64,000 nucleotides of DNA from Steroidobacteraceae bacterium. Its GTDB lineage: Bacteria > Pseudomonadota > Gammaproteobacteria > Steroidobacterales > Steroidobacteraceae. Made by a program: the position numbers and the translations under genes. Each line of letters opens with the position of its first letter. Position 1 is the stretch's first letter. Below, piece after piece: positions 1 through 10,378 of this stretch. The notes under the pieces were generated by a model. That model did not search any database, was not told the origin of the DNA, and saw only the letters and a list, made by a program, of their open reading frames with translations. The stretch covers positions 82,627-146,626 of the forward strand of contig DASUKK010000017.1 in the NCBI GenBank assembly GCA_036278795.1, written 5' to 3'.

Positions 1-75
1 GCTTTCGGCAAAAAGCGTGGTTTTTGCCGAAAGCTCCGCCACCTGCGGCGGCGGGGCACATCCGTGTGCCTAGCG
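1..75 (+). repeat. Intergenic multi-hairpin repeat, copy A (left part cut by window edge)
   Basis: nt 1-34 form a perfect hairpin (gctttcggcaaaaa / loop gcgtgg / tttttgccgaaagc). nt 35-71 (ccgccacctgcggcggcggggcacatccgtgtgcct) are near-identical to 2572-2608 and 57672-57709. The element ends about 30 nt before the ATG at 102. Confidence 0.8.
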
Positions 76-101
76 TGTATCTAGGTTAGTCTGGGGAGCC
101 T

Positions 102-869
102 ATGAAGATTGAAAGCGCCCGCGCCGTCGTCACCGGCGGCGCCTCCGGGCTCGGTCATGCCGTTGCGCGCCAACTGGTCGCGCTCGGGGCCAAGGTCGTC
201 ATCCTCGACGTTCAGGATGGGCCTGGGCGCGCCGCATCAGCGGACCTCGGATCCAACGCTTCCTTCGTGCGCTGTGACGTCACGTCCGAAGCGGAGGTCA
301 CATCCGCGATGGAAGCCGCACAGACCCAAATGGGCGGCATCAATCTGCTCGTCAATTGCGCCGGCGTGATCGGCGCCGGGCGTGTGTTGGGCAAGAACGG
401 GCCGATGGCGGGCGACTTCTTCACCAAGGTGGTGCACATCAACCTGATCGGCACCTTCCTTTGCGACAAGGCCGCGGCCGCCCTGATGCAGCACAACACA
501 CCGAGCGAGGATGGCGAGCGGGGCCTTCTGGTGCACACCTCCTCGGTGGCTGCTTTCGAAGGCCAGATCGGCCAATCGGCGTATTCCGCGACCAAGGCTG
601 GGCTCGCCGGCATGACACTGCCCATCGCCAGGGAGCTGGCGAGGTTCGGAATCCGCTGCATCTCCATCGCCCCCGGCATCTTCCATACACCGATGGTGGA
701 TTCCATGAGCGCGGAGATCCAGGCGTCACTGGCGTCGCAGATCCCGTTCCCCAAGCGCCTCGGCAAGCCCGAGGAGTTCGCGCGACTGGTCGTCGCGGCG
801 TTCGAGATCCCCATGTTGAATGGCGAGACCATCCGCCTCGACGGCGCGGTCCGCATGCAGCCGCAGTGA
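102..869 (+). CDS. Short-chain dehydrogenase/reductase, 3-hydroxyacyl-CoA dehydrogenase type-2-like
   Basis: 255-aa ORF with Rossmann motif TGGASGLG near the N-terminus and catalytic Ser...YSATK (YxxxK). GGGGAG Shine-Dalgarno at 93-98. Confidence 0.85.
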   Translation: MKIESARAVVTGGASGLGHAVARQLVALGAKVVILDVQDGPGRAASADLGSNASFVRCDVTSEAEVTSAMEAAQTQMGGINLLVNCAGVIGAGRVLGKNGPMAGDFFTKVVHINLIGTFLCDKAAAALMQHNTPSEDGERGLLVHTSSVAAFEGQIGQSAYSATKAGLAGMTLPIARELARFGIRCISIAPGIFHTPMVDSMSAEIQASLASQIPFPKRLGKPEEFARLVVAAFEIPMLNGETIRLDGAVRMQPQ

Positions 870-2500
870 TGAGCGCGTCCATGGTCGAGCAAAGCAGCAT
901 TCAACGTGACGTCATGGAATACGACGTCGTCATCGTGGGCGCCGGCCCGGCGGGACTGTCGTGCGCCATCAGGCTGAAGCAGCTCGAGCCCGGGCTGAAT
1001 GTCTGCGTGCTCGAGAAGGCGGCCGCCGTCGGCGCCCACGCCCTCTCGGGAGCCGTCATCGAGCCGGGGCCTCTCGATGCTCTGGCCCCGGAATGGCGCG
1101 AGTCACCCCCCGAGATCTGCGTGCCGGCCGTTCGCGACGAATTCCGGCTGCTCACCCGCAAGGGCAGCACGCGGCTGCCTCTGCCGCCGCAGCTGCACAA
1201 TCGCGGCAACTTCATCATCTCCCTCGGCCTGCTGACTCCCTGGCTGGCGCAGAAAGCTGAGTCCCTTGGCGTCGATGTCTTCCCCGGCTTCGCGGCGGCG
1301 GTCCCGCTCCTCACCGCGGACGGAGTCATCACCGGCGTGCAGCTGGGTGACATGGGATTGCAGAAGGACGGCAATCCGGGACCCAACTTCACCCCCGGCG
1401 CCGAGGTGCGCGCGCGCACCACGGTCGTCGCGGAGGGCGCGCGTGGCAGCCTGGCGAAGCAGCTCATCCGCCGTTTCGGCCTCGACGCCCGCTGCAGCCC
1501 GCAGTCGTACGGCCTGGGAATGAAGGAGCTGTGGCAACTCCCGCAAGGCCGGGCGCAGCCCGGACTGGTGCAGCATACGCTCGGTTGGCCGCTCGACGCG
1601 CGCACCTATGGCGGCAGCTTCATCTACCATCTCGATAAGGATCGTGTCTACGTCGGCTTCGTGGTCGGGCTCGACTACGAGGACCCGCGGCTGACGCCCT
1701 TCGAGGCATTCCAACAGTTCAAGCATCATCCGCAGGTCAGGCCGCTCCTCGAGGGCGGCGAAATCCTCGCGGCCGGGGCGCGCACCATCGCGGCGGGTGG
1801 CTGGCAAGCGATCCCGCGGCTCGAGATGCCCGGCGCCATGTTGATCGGTGACTCCGGCGGCGGCGTCAACGTGCCGAAGATCAAGGGCGTGCACCAGGCG
1901 ATTCGCTCGGGAATGCTGGCCGCGGAGCATCTGGCGGAGACCGGCAGCCCCGAAGGGTTCGATGCCCGCTGGCGCGCCTCCCCGGGCGGCCGCGAGTTGC
2001 GTGCGGTGCGCAATTTCAAGCCCGGCTTCAAGCGCGGCCTCTGGCTCGGCATCGCGAATGCGGGCCTGGAGACCGTGACGGGCGGACGCACCCCCTGGAC
2101 GCTCGCGAATCGCGTGCCCGATCACGCGCGGCTCAAGGAGTTGCCCGCCTACGAGAGCCCCGACCGGGAATGGGTGGAGCGGACCTTGCCGCCGCGAGAC
2201 CGTCTCGCATCGGTGTTCTTTGCATCGACCAACCACGACGAGAGCCAGCCCGCGCACCTGAAGGTGCTCGACACCAGCATCTGCATCGACCGTTGCGCGC
2301 GGGAATTCGGCAATCCCTGCCAGCGGTTCTGTCCGGCGAACGTCTACGAGATGGTCGACGACGGCACGGGTGGCAAGCGGCTGCAGATCAACGCCGCCAA
2401 CTGCGTGCATTGCAAGGCTTGCGACATCAAGGATCCCTACGAGATCATCAACTGGACGCCCCCGGAGGGCGGCTCCGGACCCAACTACCAGTCTCTTTGA
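869..2500 (+). CDS. Electron-transfer flavoprotein:ubiquinone oxidoreductase (ETF-QO)
   Basis: FAD motif VVIVGAGPAGLS. The C-terminal 4Fe-4S region NCVHCKACDIKDP...INWTPPEGGSGPNY is typical of ETF-QO. The ATG at 869 overlaps the SDR stop (TGATG). The track start at 356 is a TTG extension that overlaps the SDR gene. Confidence 0.9.
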   Translation: MSASMVEQSSIQRDVMEYDVVIVGAGPAGLSCAIRLKQLEPGLNVCVLEKAAAVGAHALSGAVIEPGPLDALAPEWRESPPEICVPAVRDEFRLLTRKGSTRLPLPPQLHNRGNFIISLGLLTPWLAQKAESLGVDVFPGFAAAVPLLTADGVITGVQLGDMGLQKDGNPGPNFTPGAEVRARTTVVAEGARGSLAKQLIRRFGLDARCSPQSYGLGMKELWQLPQGRAQPGLVQHTLGWPLDARTYGGSFIYHLDKDRVYVGFVVGLDYEDPRLTPFEAFQQFKHHPQVRPLLEGGEILAAGARTIAAGGWQAIPRLEMPGAMLIGDSGGGVNVPKIKGVHQAIRSGMLAAEHLAETGSPEGFDARWRASPGGRELRAVRNFKPGFKRGLWLGIANAGLETVTGGRTPWTLANRVPDHARLKELPAYESPDREWVERTLPPRDRLASVFFASTNHDESQPAHLKVLDTSICIDRCAREFGNPCQRFCPANVYEMVDDGTGGKRLQINAANCVHCKACDIKDPYEIINWTPPEGGSGPNYQSL

Positions 2501-2503
2501 CAT

Positions 2504-2608
2504 GCGCTGGATCCGGGCTCCTGCCCGGCCCAGCGCGCGTTGAGCAAAAAGCGTGGTTTTTCTGCTCAACGCCCGCCACCTGCGGCGGCGGGGCACTTCC
2601 CTGTGCCT
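2504..2608 (+). repeat. Intergenic multi-hairpin repeat, copy B (complete, about 105 nt)
   Basis: Four predicted hairpins. H1 is 2504-2536 (gcgctgg-at-ccggg-ctcctg-cccgg-c-ccagcgc). H2 is 2538-2571 (cgttgagc aaaaa gcgtgg ttttt..gctcaacg). H3 is 2573-2588 (ccgcc/ggcgg). H4 is 2592-2607 (ggcac/gtgcc). It starts 4 nt after the ETF-QO stop and ends 49 nt before the next ATG. Confidence 0.85.
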
Positions 2609-2657
2609 GTGCGGCATACTCGATCTCGTGCGAAACTATGGCGAATTTGAGATATCT

Positions 2658-4616
<1,959 letters not shown>

Positions 4617-4622
4617 CCCCGG

Positions 4623-5741
4623 ATGAACGATGCAGCCGCGAGGACGCTGCGCGAAGTCTACGAGCGTCAGATTGCCGAGCGCGGCTTTCGCACCGATCCG
4701 GCGCAACTCGCCGTCGTGAGCCGGCTGGAGGCATTGCGCTCACGGCTGATTGCCGCCCACCGCTCACGTGCCTCACTCGGAGGACGGCTGTTGCGCGCCA
4801 TCGGCGGCCGCGGCACATCCAGGGCGGAACAGGGCCTGTATCTGTGGGGCCCGGTGGGGCGCGGCAAGACCTGGCTGATGGATCTCTTCTTCCAGAGCCT
4901 GCCGTTCCCGGAGCGCCGCCGCCGCCACTTCCATCGGTTCATGCACGATGTCCATGCGGAGCTCAAAACGCTGCCGGACGTCGAGGCGCCGCTCGAAGCC
5001 GTGGCGGAGCGCCTGGCGGCGGAGGTCCGGGTACTGTGCTTCGATGAGCTCTTCGTCACCGACATCGCCGATGCAATGATCCTGGGGGGCCTCTTCGGCG
5101 GGCTCTTCCGCCGCGGCGTGACGCTCGTGGCAACTTCCAACGTACCTCCCGGCGACCTCTACCACGACGGCCTGCAGCGCCAGCGGTTCCTGCCCGCGAT
5201 CGAGCTCATCGAGCGGCACGTGAAGGTCGTCGCCGCCGGCGGCGACCGCGACTACCGGCTGCGGCAACTCACTCAGGCCGGCACGTACCTGCCGTCCGCA
5301 GACGCGGGCACGGGCGCGAGGCTCCGTGCGCTCTTCGCGGAGCTCTCGGGTCAGGGAGACGCATCGGATGGGACGGTCGAGATCGAAGGCCGGCCGATTC
5401 CCGTCGTGCGCCAGAGTGACGCCGCCGTGTGGTTCGAATTCAGCGCGCTGTGCGGCGGCCCGCGCAGTCAGGACGACTACATCGAGATCGCGCGCAACTA
5501 CCAGTCCGTCTTCGTCTCCGACGTACCCGTGATGGATACGCTGCAGGAGAATGAGGCGCGCCGTTTCATCGCCCTGGTCGATGAGCTTTATGACCGCTGC
5601 GTGAAGCTGGTCGTTTCCGCCGCCGCGCCTCCCCCGCAGCTCTATCGCGGCGAGCGCCTGGTGCTCGAGTTCCAGCGCACCGCGAGCCGCCTCACGGAGA
5701 TGCAGAGCGAGGAATACCTCGCGCGCCAGCACCGGGCATAG
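4623..5741 (+). CDS. zapE: Cell-division protein ZapE (AFG1-like ATPase)
   Basis: 372 aa; Walker A GPVGRGKTWLMD; Walker B LCFDELFV; AFG1/ZapE family architecture. Confidence 0.85.
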   Translation: MNDAAARTLREVYERQIAERGFRTDPAQLAVVSRLEALRSRLIAAHRSRASLGGRLLRAIGGRGTSRAEQGLYLWGPVGRGKTWLMDLFFQSLPFPERRRRHFHRFMHDVHAELKTLPDVEAPLEAVAERLAAEVRVLCFDELFVTDIADAMILGGLFGGLFRRGVTLVATSNVPPGDLYHDGLQRQRFLPAIELIERHVKVVAAGGDRDYRLRQLTQAGTYLPSADAGTGARLRALFAELSGQGDASDGTVEIEGRPIPVVRQSDAAVWFEFSALCGGPRSQDDYIEIARNYQSVFVSDVPVMDTLQENEARRFIALVDELYDRCVKLVVSAAAPPPQLYRGERLVLEFQRTASRLTEMQSEEYLARQHRA

Positions 5742-5758
5742 CACGCTATCGAGTCCGT

Positions 5759-6286
5759 TCAGGTCTCCGGGAAGAGTCTCGGGAAGAGCGCATCCAGTGT
5801 CTCGACGGGAAAACGCAGGGTCAGGGCGCCCTTGGGCGTGTCCGATCTGAGCAAACCGACGGAAGTCACATCGTTGAGAACGCGGCGTGCAGTTCGCTCC
5901 GGCAGACCCGTTATGCGCGCAGTTTCACCGCGCTGGAATTCACCGCGGATCAGAGCCTCTTCCAGAAGACGTGCGGCCTCAGGCCTGAGCTTGTCGCTAC
6001 GCTCGACGTAACGGCGCAGTCGCTGCGCCAGCGTATCGAGCTCAAACAGGCTTTTCATGAATTGCACCTGATCCAGTGCGACCTCGAGAAACCACTGCAC
6101 GAAGTCGAGGAGGGCACGCTGAGAGAGATTGCCGCGGCCATCGAGGTCTCCTTGCCGCGGTGTATCCGCGCGATCCATCATGCTCTTGTAGTCACGACGA
6201 CTTTCGAGTCCCCGCGCGAGGCCACGCGATATGGACCAGAGCCCATGCGCACCGACGCCGGCGACGTGCCCCGGATTCGATCTCGC
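5759..6286 (-). pseudogene. 5'-truncated Fic-family gene remnant (C-terminal part only)
   Basis: The reading frame is open from just after an in-frame TGA (6287-6289) to the stop at 5759. The translation ...[58 protein letters not shown]... resembles the region downstream of the HxFxxGNGR motif in about 380-aa Fic proteins. The Fic motif and N-terminal roughly 250 aa are absent. Confidence 0.55.
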
Positions 6287-6292
6287 TCATTT

Positions 6293-6415
6293 TGGCCGAT
6301 CTATTTGTTCCATAACATCATGAAAATCAAGTGATTATATTGTATTGTTTCCATCGATGGCCGATCTTTTGGCCGATCATGCCCGACAGGCCTCTGGCCG
6401 ATCTGCTGGCCGTTC
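6293..6415 (+). repeat. Cluster of TGGCCGATC direct repeats in an AT-richer spacer
   Basis: TGGCCGATC occurs at 6293-6301, 6358-6366, 6370-6378 and 6395-6403, plus a degenerate TGGCCGTTC at 6407-6415. Each perfect copy carries a GATC site. The cluster lies between the hrpA 3' end and the fic truncation point. Confidence 0.8.
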
Positions 6416-6506
6416 TGGACCGTCCTAGTCGATTGATTCTTTTAGTAAACCCATCTAAGCGCTGTAAATCACGCTGCATGGCTGGCCGCTCTACCTGCCG
6501 TCCCCA

Positions 6507-9500
6507 TCACTTGCGCGCCTCGGCCTTCGCCCGCTCGAGCTGCTCGGCGAGGCGCTGCTCCGAGACTCGCACGGCCGCCTTCAGGTCCTGCGCATACAGC
6601 GACACGCGGAGCTCCTCGATCATCCAACGCAGCATCGTGAGCTCGCTTCGTACGCTTGCCGCAGGAAAACTCGCCTGCAGATCACGGACGGCTGCTACGA
6701 ACGGCCGAACGCGCGAGGCCAACTCCCCGTCGCGTCGGGCCTCCGCCGGCAGTCGACTCAGCCGGCGCACGATGGCCTTGAGATAACGCGGCAGATGGCC
6801 GAGCCACGGATACGGTGTCGACTCGATGAAATCAGCCGGCAGCAACGCGGCAAGTTGGGCGTTGATGTCGGTGACGGCCGCGGCCGATGCCGGATTCCGA
6901 GCCGCATCGAGCGCGCCGCGCACGGCGCGCCACTCCTTGAGCACGCCCCTGACGACCTCGACCACTCGGCCGCCTGCTTCTTCCAATCGGGTCCGCCCCT
7001 CGTCCATCCGCCGGGTGAACGCCTCGCGATCACGCGGCAGGGGAGCATCCGCCGCCGCGAAGCAATCGAGAAAGATACGCTCGCTGAGGGCGTCGGCCAG
7101 CGGTTGGACCAATTCGAGCCCACGGCTTTGCAACACGAGCTGCCGGTCTTCCGCGATCCGCTTTTGCCAGTAGCGCGCCTGCTGCGGCAATGCGAGAAGC
7201 GCGAGACGCGTCACGCCTCGGCGTGTCAGCTCCTCGGCGTGGGCCGGCCCACGGGCCTCCACCCATGCCACAGCGCTGCGCCGGTCCTCGATCGCCGGGT
7301 AGACCGTCAGGAGCAATCCATTGCGCTCGATCTGGCGGCTCACAGGCAAATCGCCGAAGTCCCACTGGCGATGCAGCGACGCGCCCTCCTCCGCCGCTTT
7401 CCGGGTGCTCGCCCCAGTCCCCAGTACTTTCCGCTTGAGGGCGAGGAGATCGCGACCTTCGGCCAACACCAGATCCTGCGCATCGATGACACGGATGTTC
7501 ACCCGCAACCAGTCGGGCAGCGGTAGAGCCGCGAGGTCCGCCGGCGTCACCACTCCGCCGATCCGCTCCGAAATCCACGCGGCCAGGCCGGCGTAGAAGC
7601 CCGGCAAGCTTTCGTGCGCCACGGGATCGCTCACAGCGGCCGCTGTCGTCGCCCCATTCGCGATGTGGCTCGGGCGCGCCGTCAGCGCCTCGAGAGCCCG
7701 GCGGGCGTGCTCCGGCACGGGCACGAGCAGCTTGCGCTGAGCCTTTGGCAGCTCGCGCAGCACGGCGATGATCTTCTCCAGTCGCCAGCCTGGAATCAGC
7801 CACGCCAACCGATCCGCCTCGAGTGCATCGAGCAGAAGGTCGGGAACGATCAGCGTGACACCGTCATCCGGCTCGGCGGGCTCGAACCGATAGCGCAGCG
7901 GCAGCTTGTTTCCGCCAACTTCGAGAGCATCCGGGTATTGGATGTCATCGACCTCGCCGGCCTCGCGCTCCATCAGGTCGGCATGCGACATGTACAACAC
8001 CCGCGGATCGCCGCGCTCGGCCTGCGCGCGCCACTGCTCGAAATCGCCAATCGAGCTGACTCGCTCGGGGATCCGGGCTGCGTAGAAGTCGATCTCACTC
8101 CGCTCGCCGACGAGGATATCCCGGCGGCGGATCTTGGCTTCGAGGCGCTCGATCTCCTCGCGCAGTCCGCGGTTGGCTTCCAAAAACCCGCCGCGAACCA
8201 GGGTCGCGCCCGTCGCGGCCGCGGGAGTGAGCAGTGCCTCGCGGATGAAGATCTCCCGCGCCTCCTTCGGCGCCACCGGACCGTAGTTGACCCGCCGCTG
8301 CGTAGCGAGAGCGAGCCCGTAGAGCGACACGGACTCGTATGCCGCCACGAACCCGCGACTCGCCACCCAGTGCGGCTCGCTGTAGGCGCGCTTCACGAGA
8401 TGCGCGCCCGCCCGCTCGATCCAGGCCGGATTGATCGACGCCACCATCCGCGCATACAGCCGAGTGGTCTCGACGAGGCTGCCGGCGACGAGCCATTTGG
8501 GCGGCTTGGCTGCGAGCGGCGAGCCCGGCGCGACCACGAAGCGCATGCCGCGCGGGCCGTCATATTCGCGCTTCTGATTGAGCGTGCCAACCGAGCCGAG
8601 GAAGCCCGTCAGGATCGCCTGGTGCAGCTCCGCATAACTCGCGGGATTGTGATTCGGGCGCAGGTCGAGCTCGCGGACGCTGCGGGTCAGCTGGTGGTGA
8701 AGATCCTGCCACTCGCGCATGCGCAGGAAGGACAGGAAGTGCTCCCGGCACCATTTGCGCAGTTGATTGCCGGACAAGGCCGCGGCCTGCTCGCCGAAGG
8801 CGCGCCAGAGATTGAGCACCGTGACGAAATCGGAGCGGCTGTCCGCGAACAGAGCGTGCTTCTCGTCCGCCTGCCGTTGCATGTCGGCGGGGCGCTCGCG
8901 CGGATCCTGCGTCTCGAGGAAAGCCGCGATCACCAGCATCTCCGCGAGGCAGCGCTGGCGGGCCGCGGCGAGCAGCATGCGGCCGAGCCGTGGATCGACC
9001 GGCAGCGCGGCGACCTTGCGGCCGAGACTCGTCACGCGCCGTTCGGCATCCATGGCCTGCAGCTCCTCGAGGAGCCGCACTCCGTCGTTGATGAGACGCG
9101 TATCCGGCGGATCGAGGAACGGGAAGCTCTCCGGATCCCCGAGCCCCAGCGTCGCCATGCGCAGGATCACGCTCGCCAGGTTGGTGCGCAGGATCTCCGG
9201 AGGCGTGTAGGCCTCGCGCGCCGCGAAATCCTCCTCGGAATAAAGGCGAATGCAGATGCCCTCGGCCTCGCGGCCGCAGCGGCCTTTGCGCTGCTCCGCG
9301 CTGGCCCTGGAGATCCGCTCCACGTGCAGCCGCTGCACCTTGCCGCGTAGACTGTAACGGCTGATCCGTGCCAGGCCCGAGTCGACGACGTGGCGGATAC
9401 CAGGCACGGTGAGTGAGGTCTCCGCGACGTTGGTCGCCAGTATCACGCGCCTTTGCGAGTGCTTTTGGAAAATTCGCGCCTGATCGGCGGCCGAGAGCCG

Positions 9501-10325
9501 CGCGTAGAGCGACAGCATCTCGGTGCCCGCGAGCCGCGCTTTCGACAAGGCGTCGGCCGCCTCGCGAATGTGCTTCTCGCCTGGAAGGAAGACGAGCGTA
9601 TCCGCGCTGGCCCCGCCCATGCGCAAATCGAGCTCACGCACGGCCTCGACGATGCCCTCCGGCAGCGAGAGCTCCGCGGCGTCTTCGTCTTCGGCAACGA
9701 GCGGACGGTAACGGACCTCCACCGGATAGCTGCGGCCCGACACCTCGATGATGGGCGCCGCAGCGAAAAACGCCGACAACCTGCCCGGATCGATGGTCGC
9801 GGAGGTTACGATCAGCCGCAGGTCGGAACGCCGTGGCAGGAGTCGTTTCACCACGCCGAGCAAGAGATCGATGTTGAGGCTGCGCTCGTGTGCCTCGTCG
9901 ATGATCAGCGTGTCATAACGGCGAAGCCGCGGATCGCTCTCGAGCTCCTGCAGCAGGATACCGTCGGTCATCAGCTTCACGCGGCCCTGCGGGCCCGTGT
10001 GATCCGTGAACCGTACCTGGTAGCCGACAGCGCCTCCCACGGTAGTTCCAAGCTCCTCTGCAAGCCGCGTCGCAAGAGCGCGCGCGGCGATGCGTCGCGG
10101 TTGCGTGTGCCCGATGAGTCCCGCGGTGCCACGCCCCGCCTCCAGGCAGAGCTTGGGCAGCTGCGTCGACTTACCCGAGCCCGTGGCCCCGCAGATGATG
10201 AGGGCCGGATGGCGCGCGAGCGCCGCCACGATCTCGGCGCGGTGCGCCGTGATCGGCAGCCCCGGATCGTAGTCGAGCTTTATCGGGAGTGCGGGCCGTG
10301 GTCCGCCGCGGACGGGAGCCTCCAT
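6507..10325 (-). CDS. hrpA: ATP-dependent RNA helicase HrpA (DEAH-box)
   Basis: 1272 aa; Walker A GATGSGKSTQLP; DEAH box IIDEAHERS; length and C-terminal extension are typical of HrpA. Confidence 0.95.
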   Translation of the reverse strand: MEAPVRGGPRPALPIKLDYDPGLPITAHRAEIVAALARHPALIICGATGSGKSTQLPKLCLEAGRGTAGLIGHTQPRRIAARALATRLAEELGTTVGGAVGYQVRFTDHTGPQGRVKLMTDGILLQELESDPRLRRYDTLIIDEAHERSLNIDLLLGVVKRLLPRRSDLRLIVTSATIDPGRLSAFFAAAPIIEVSGRSYPVEVRYRPLVAEDEDAAELSLPEGIVEAVRELDLRMGGASADTLVFLPGEKHIREAADALSKARLAGTEMLSLYARLSAADQARIFQKHSQRRVILATNVAETSLTVPGIRHVVDSGLARISRYSLRGKVQRLHVERISRASAEQRKGRCGREAEGICIRLYSEEDFAAREAYTPPEILRTNLASVILRMATLGLGDPESFPFLDPPDTRLINDGVRLLEELQAMDAERRVTSLGRKVAALPVDPRLGRMLLAAARQRCLAEMLVIAAFLETQDPRERPADMQRQADEKHALFADSRSDFVTVLNLWRAFGEQAAALSGNQLRKWCREHFLSFLRMREWQDLHHQLTRSVRELDLRPNHNPASYAELHQAILTGFLGSVGTLNQKREYDGPRGMRFVVAPGSPLAAKPPKWLVAGSLVETTRLYARMVASINPAWIERAGAHLVKRAYSEPHWVASRGFVAAYESVSLYGLALATQRRVNYGPVAPKEAREIFIREALLTPAAATGATLVRGGFLEANRGLREEIERLEAKIRRRDILVGERSEIDFYAARIPERVSSIGDFEQWRAQAERGDPRVLYMSHADLMEREAGEVDDIQYPDALEVGGNKLPLRYRFEPAEPDDGVTLIVPDLLLDALEADRLAWLIPGWRLEKIIAVLRELPKAQRKLLVPVPEHARRALEALTARPSHIANGATTAAAVSDPVAHESLPGFYAGLAAWISERIGGVVTPADLAALPLPDWLRVNIRVIDAQDLVLAEGRDLLALKRKVLGTGASTRKAAEEGASLHRQWDFGDLPVSRQIERNGLLLTVYPAIEDRRSAVAWVEARGPAHAEELTRRGVTRLALLALPQQARYWQKRIAEDRQLVLQSRGLELVQPLADALSERIFLDCFAAADAPLPRDREAFTRRMDEGRTRLEEAGGRVVEVVRGVLKEWRAVRGALDAARNPASAAAVTDINAQLAALLPADFIESTPYPWLGHLPRYLKAIVRRLSRLPAEARRDGELASRVRPFVAAVRDLQASFPAASVRSELTMLRWMIEELRVSLYAQDLKAAVRVSEQRLAEQLERAKAEARK

Positions 10326-10378
10326 CCTCTGAAGTGTAATTGAGCGCCGCCGCCGGAGCAGGCGCGGATGGACATCCC

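Noticed and set aside
356-868. N-terminal 171-aa extension of the ETF-QO ORF (TTG start at 356)
   Set aside because: It overlaps the SDR gene in another frame and is Arg-rich nonsense. The conserved ETF-QO sequence begins at the ATG at 869, which overlaps the SDR stop.
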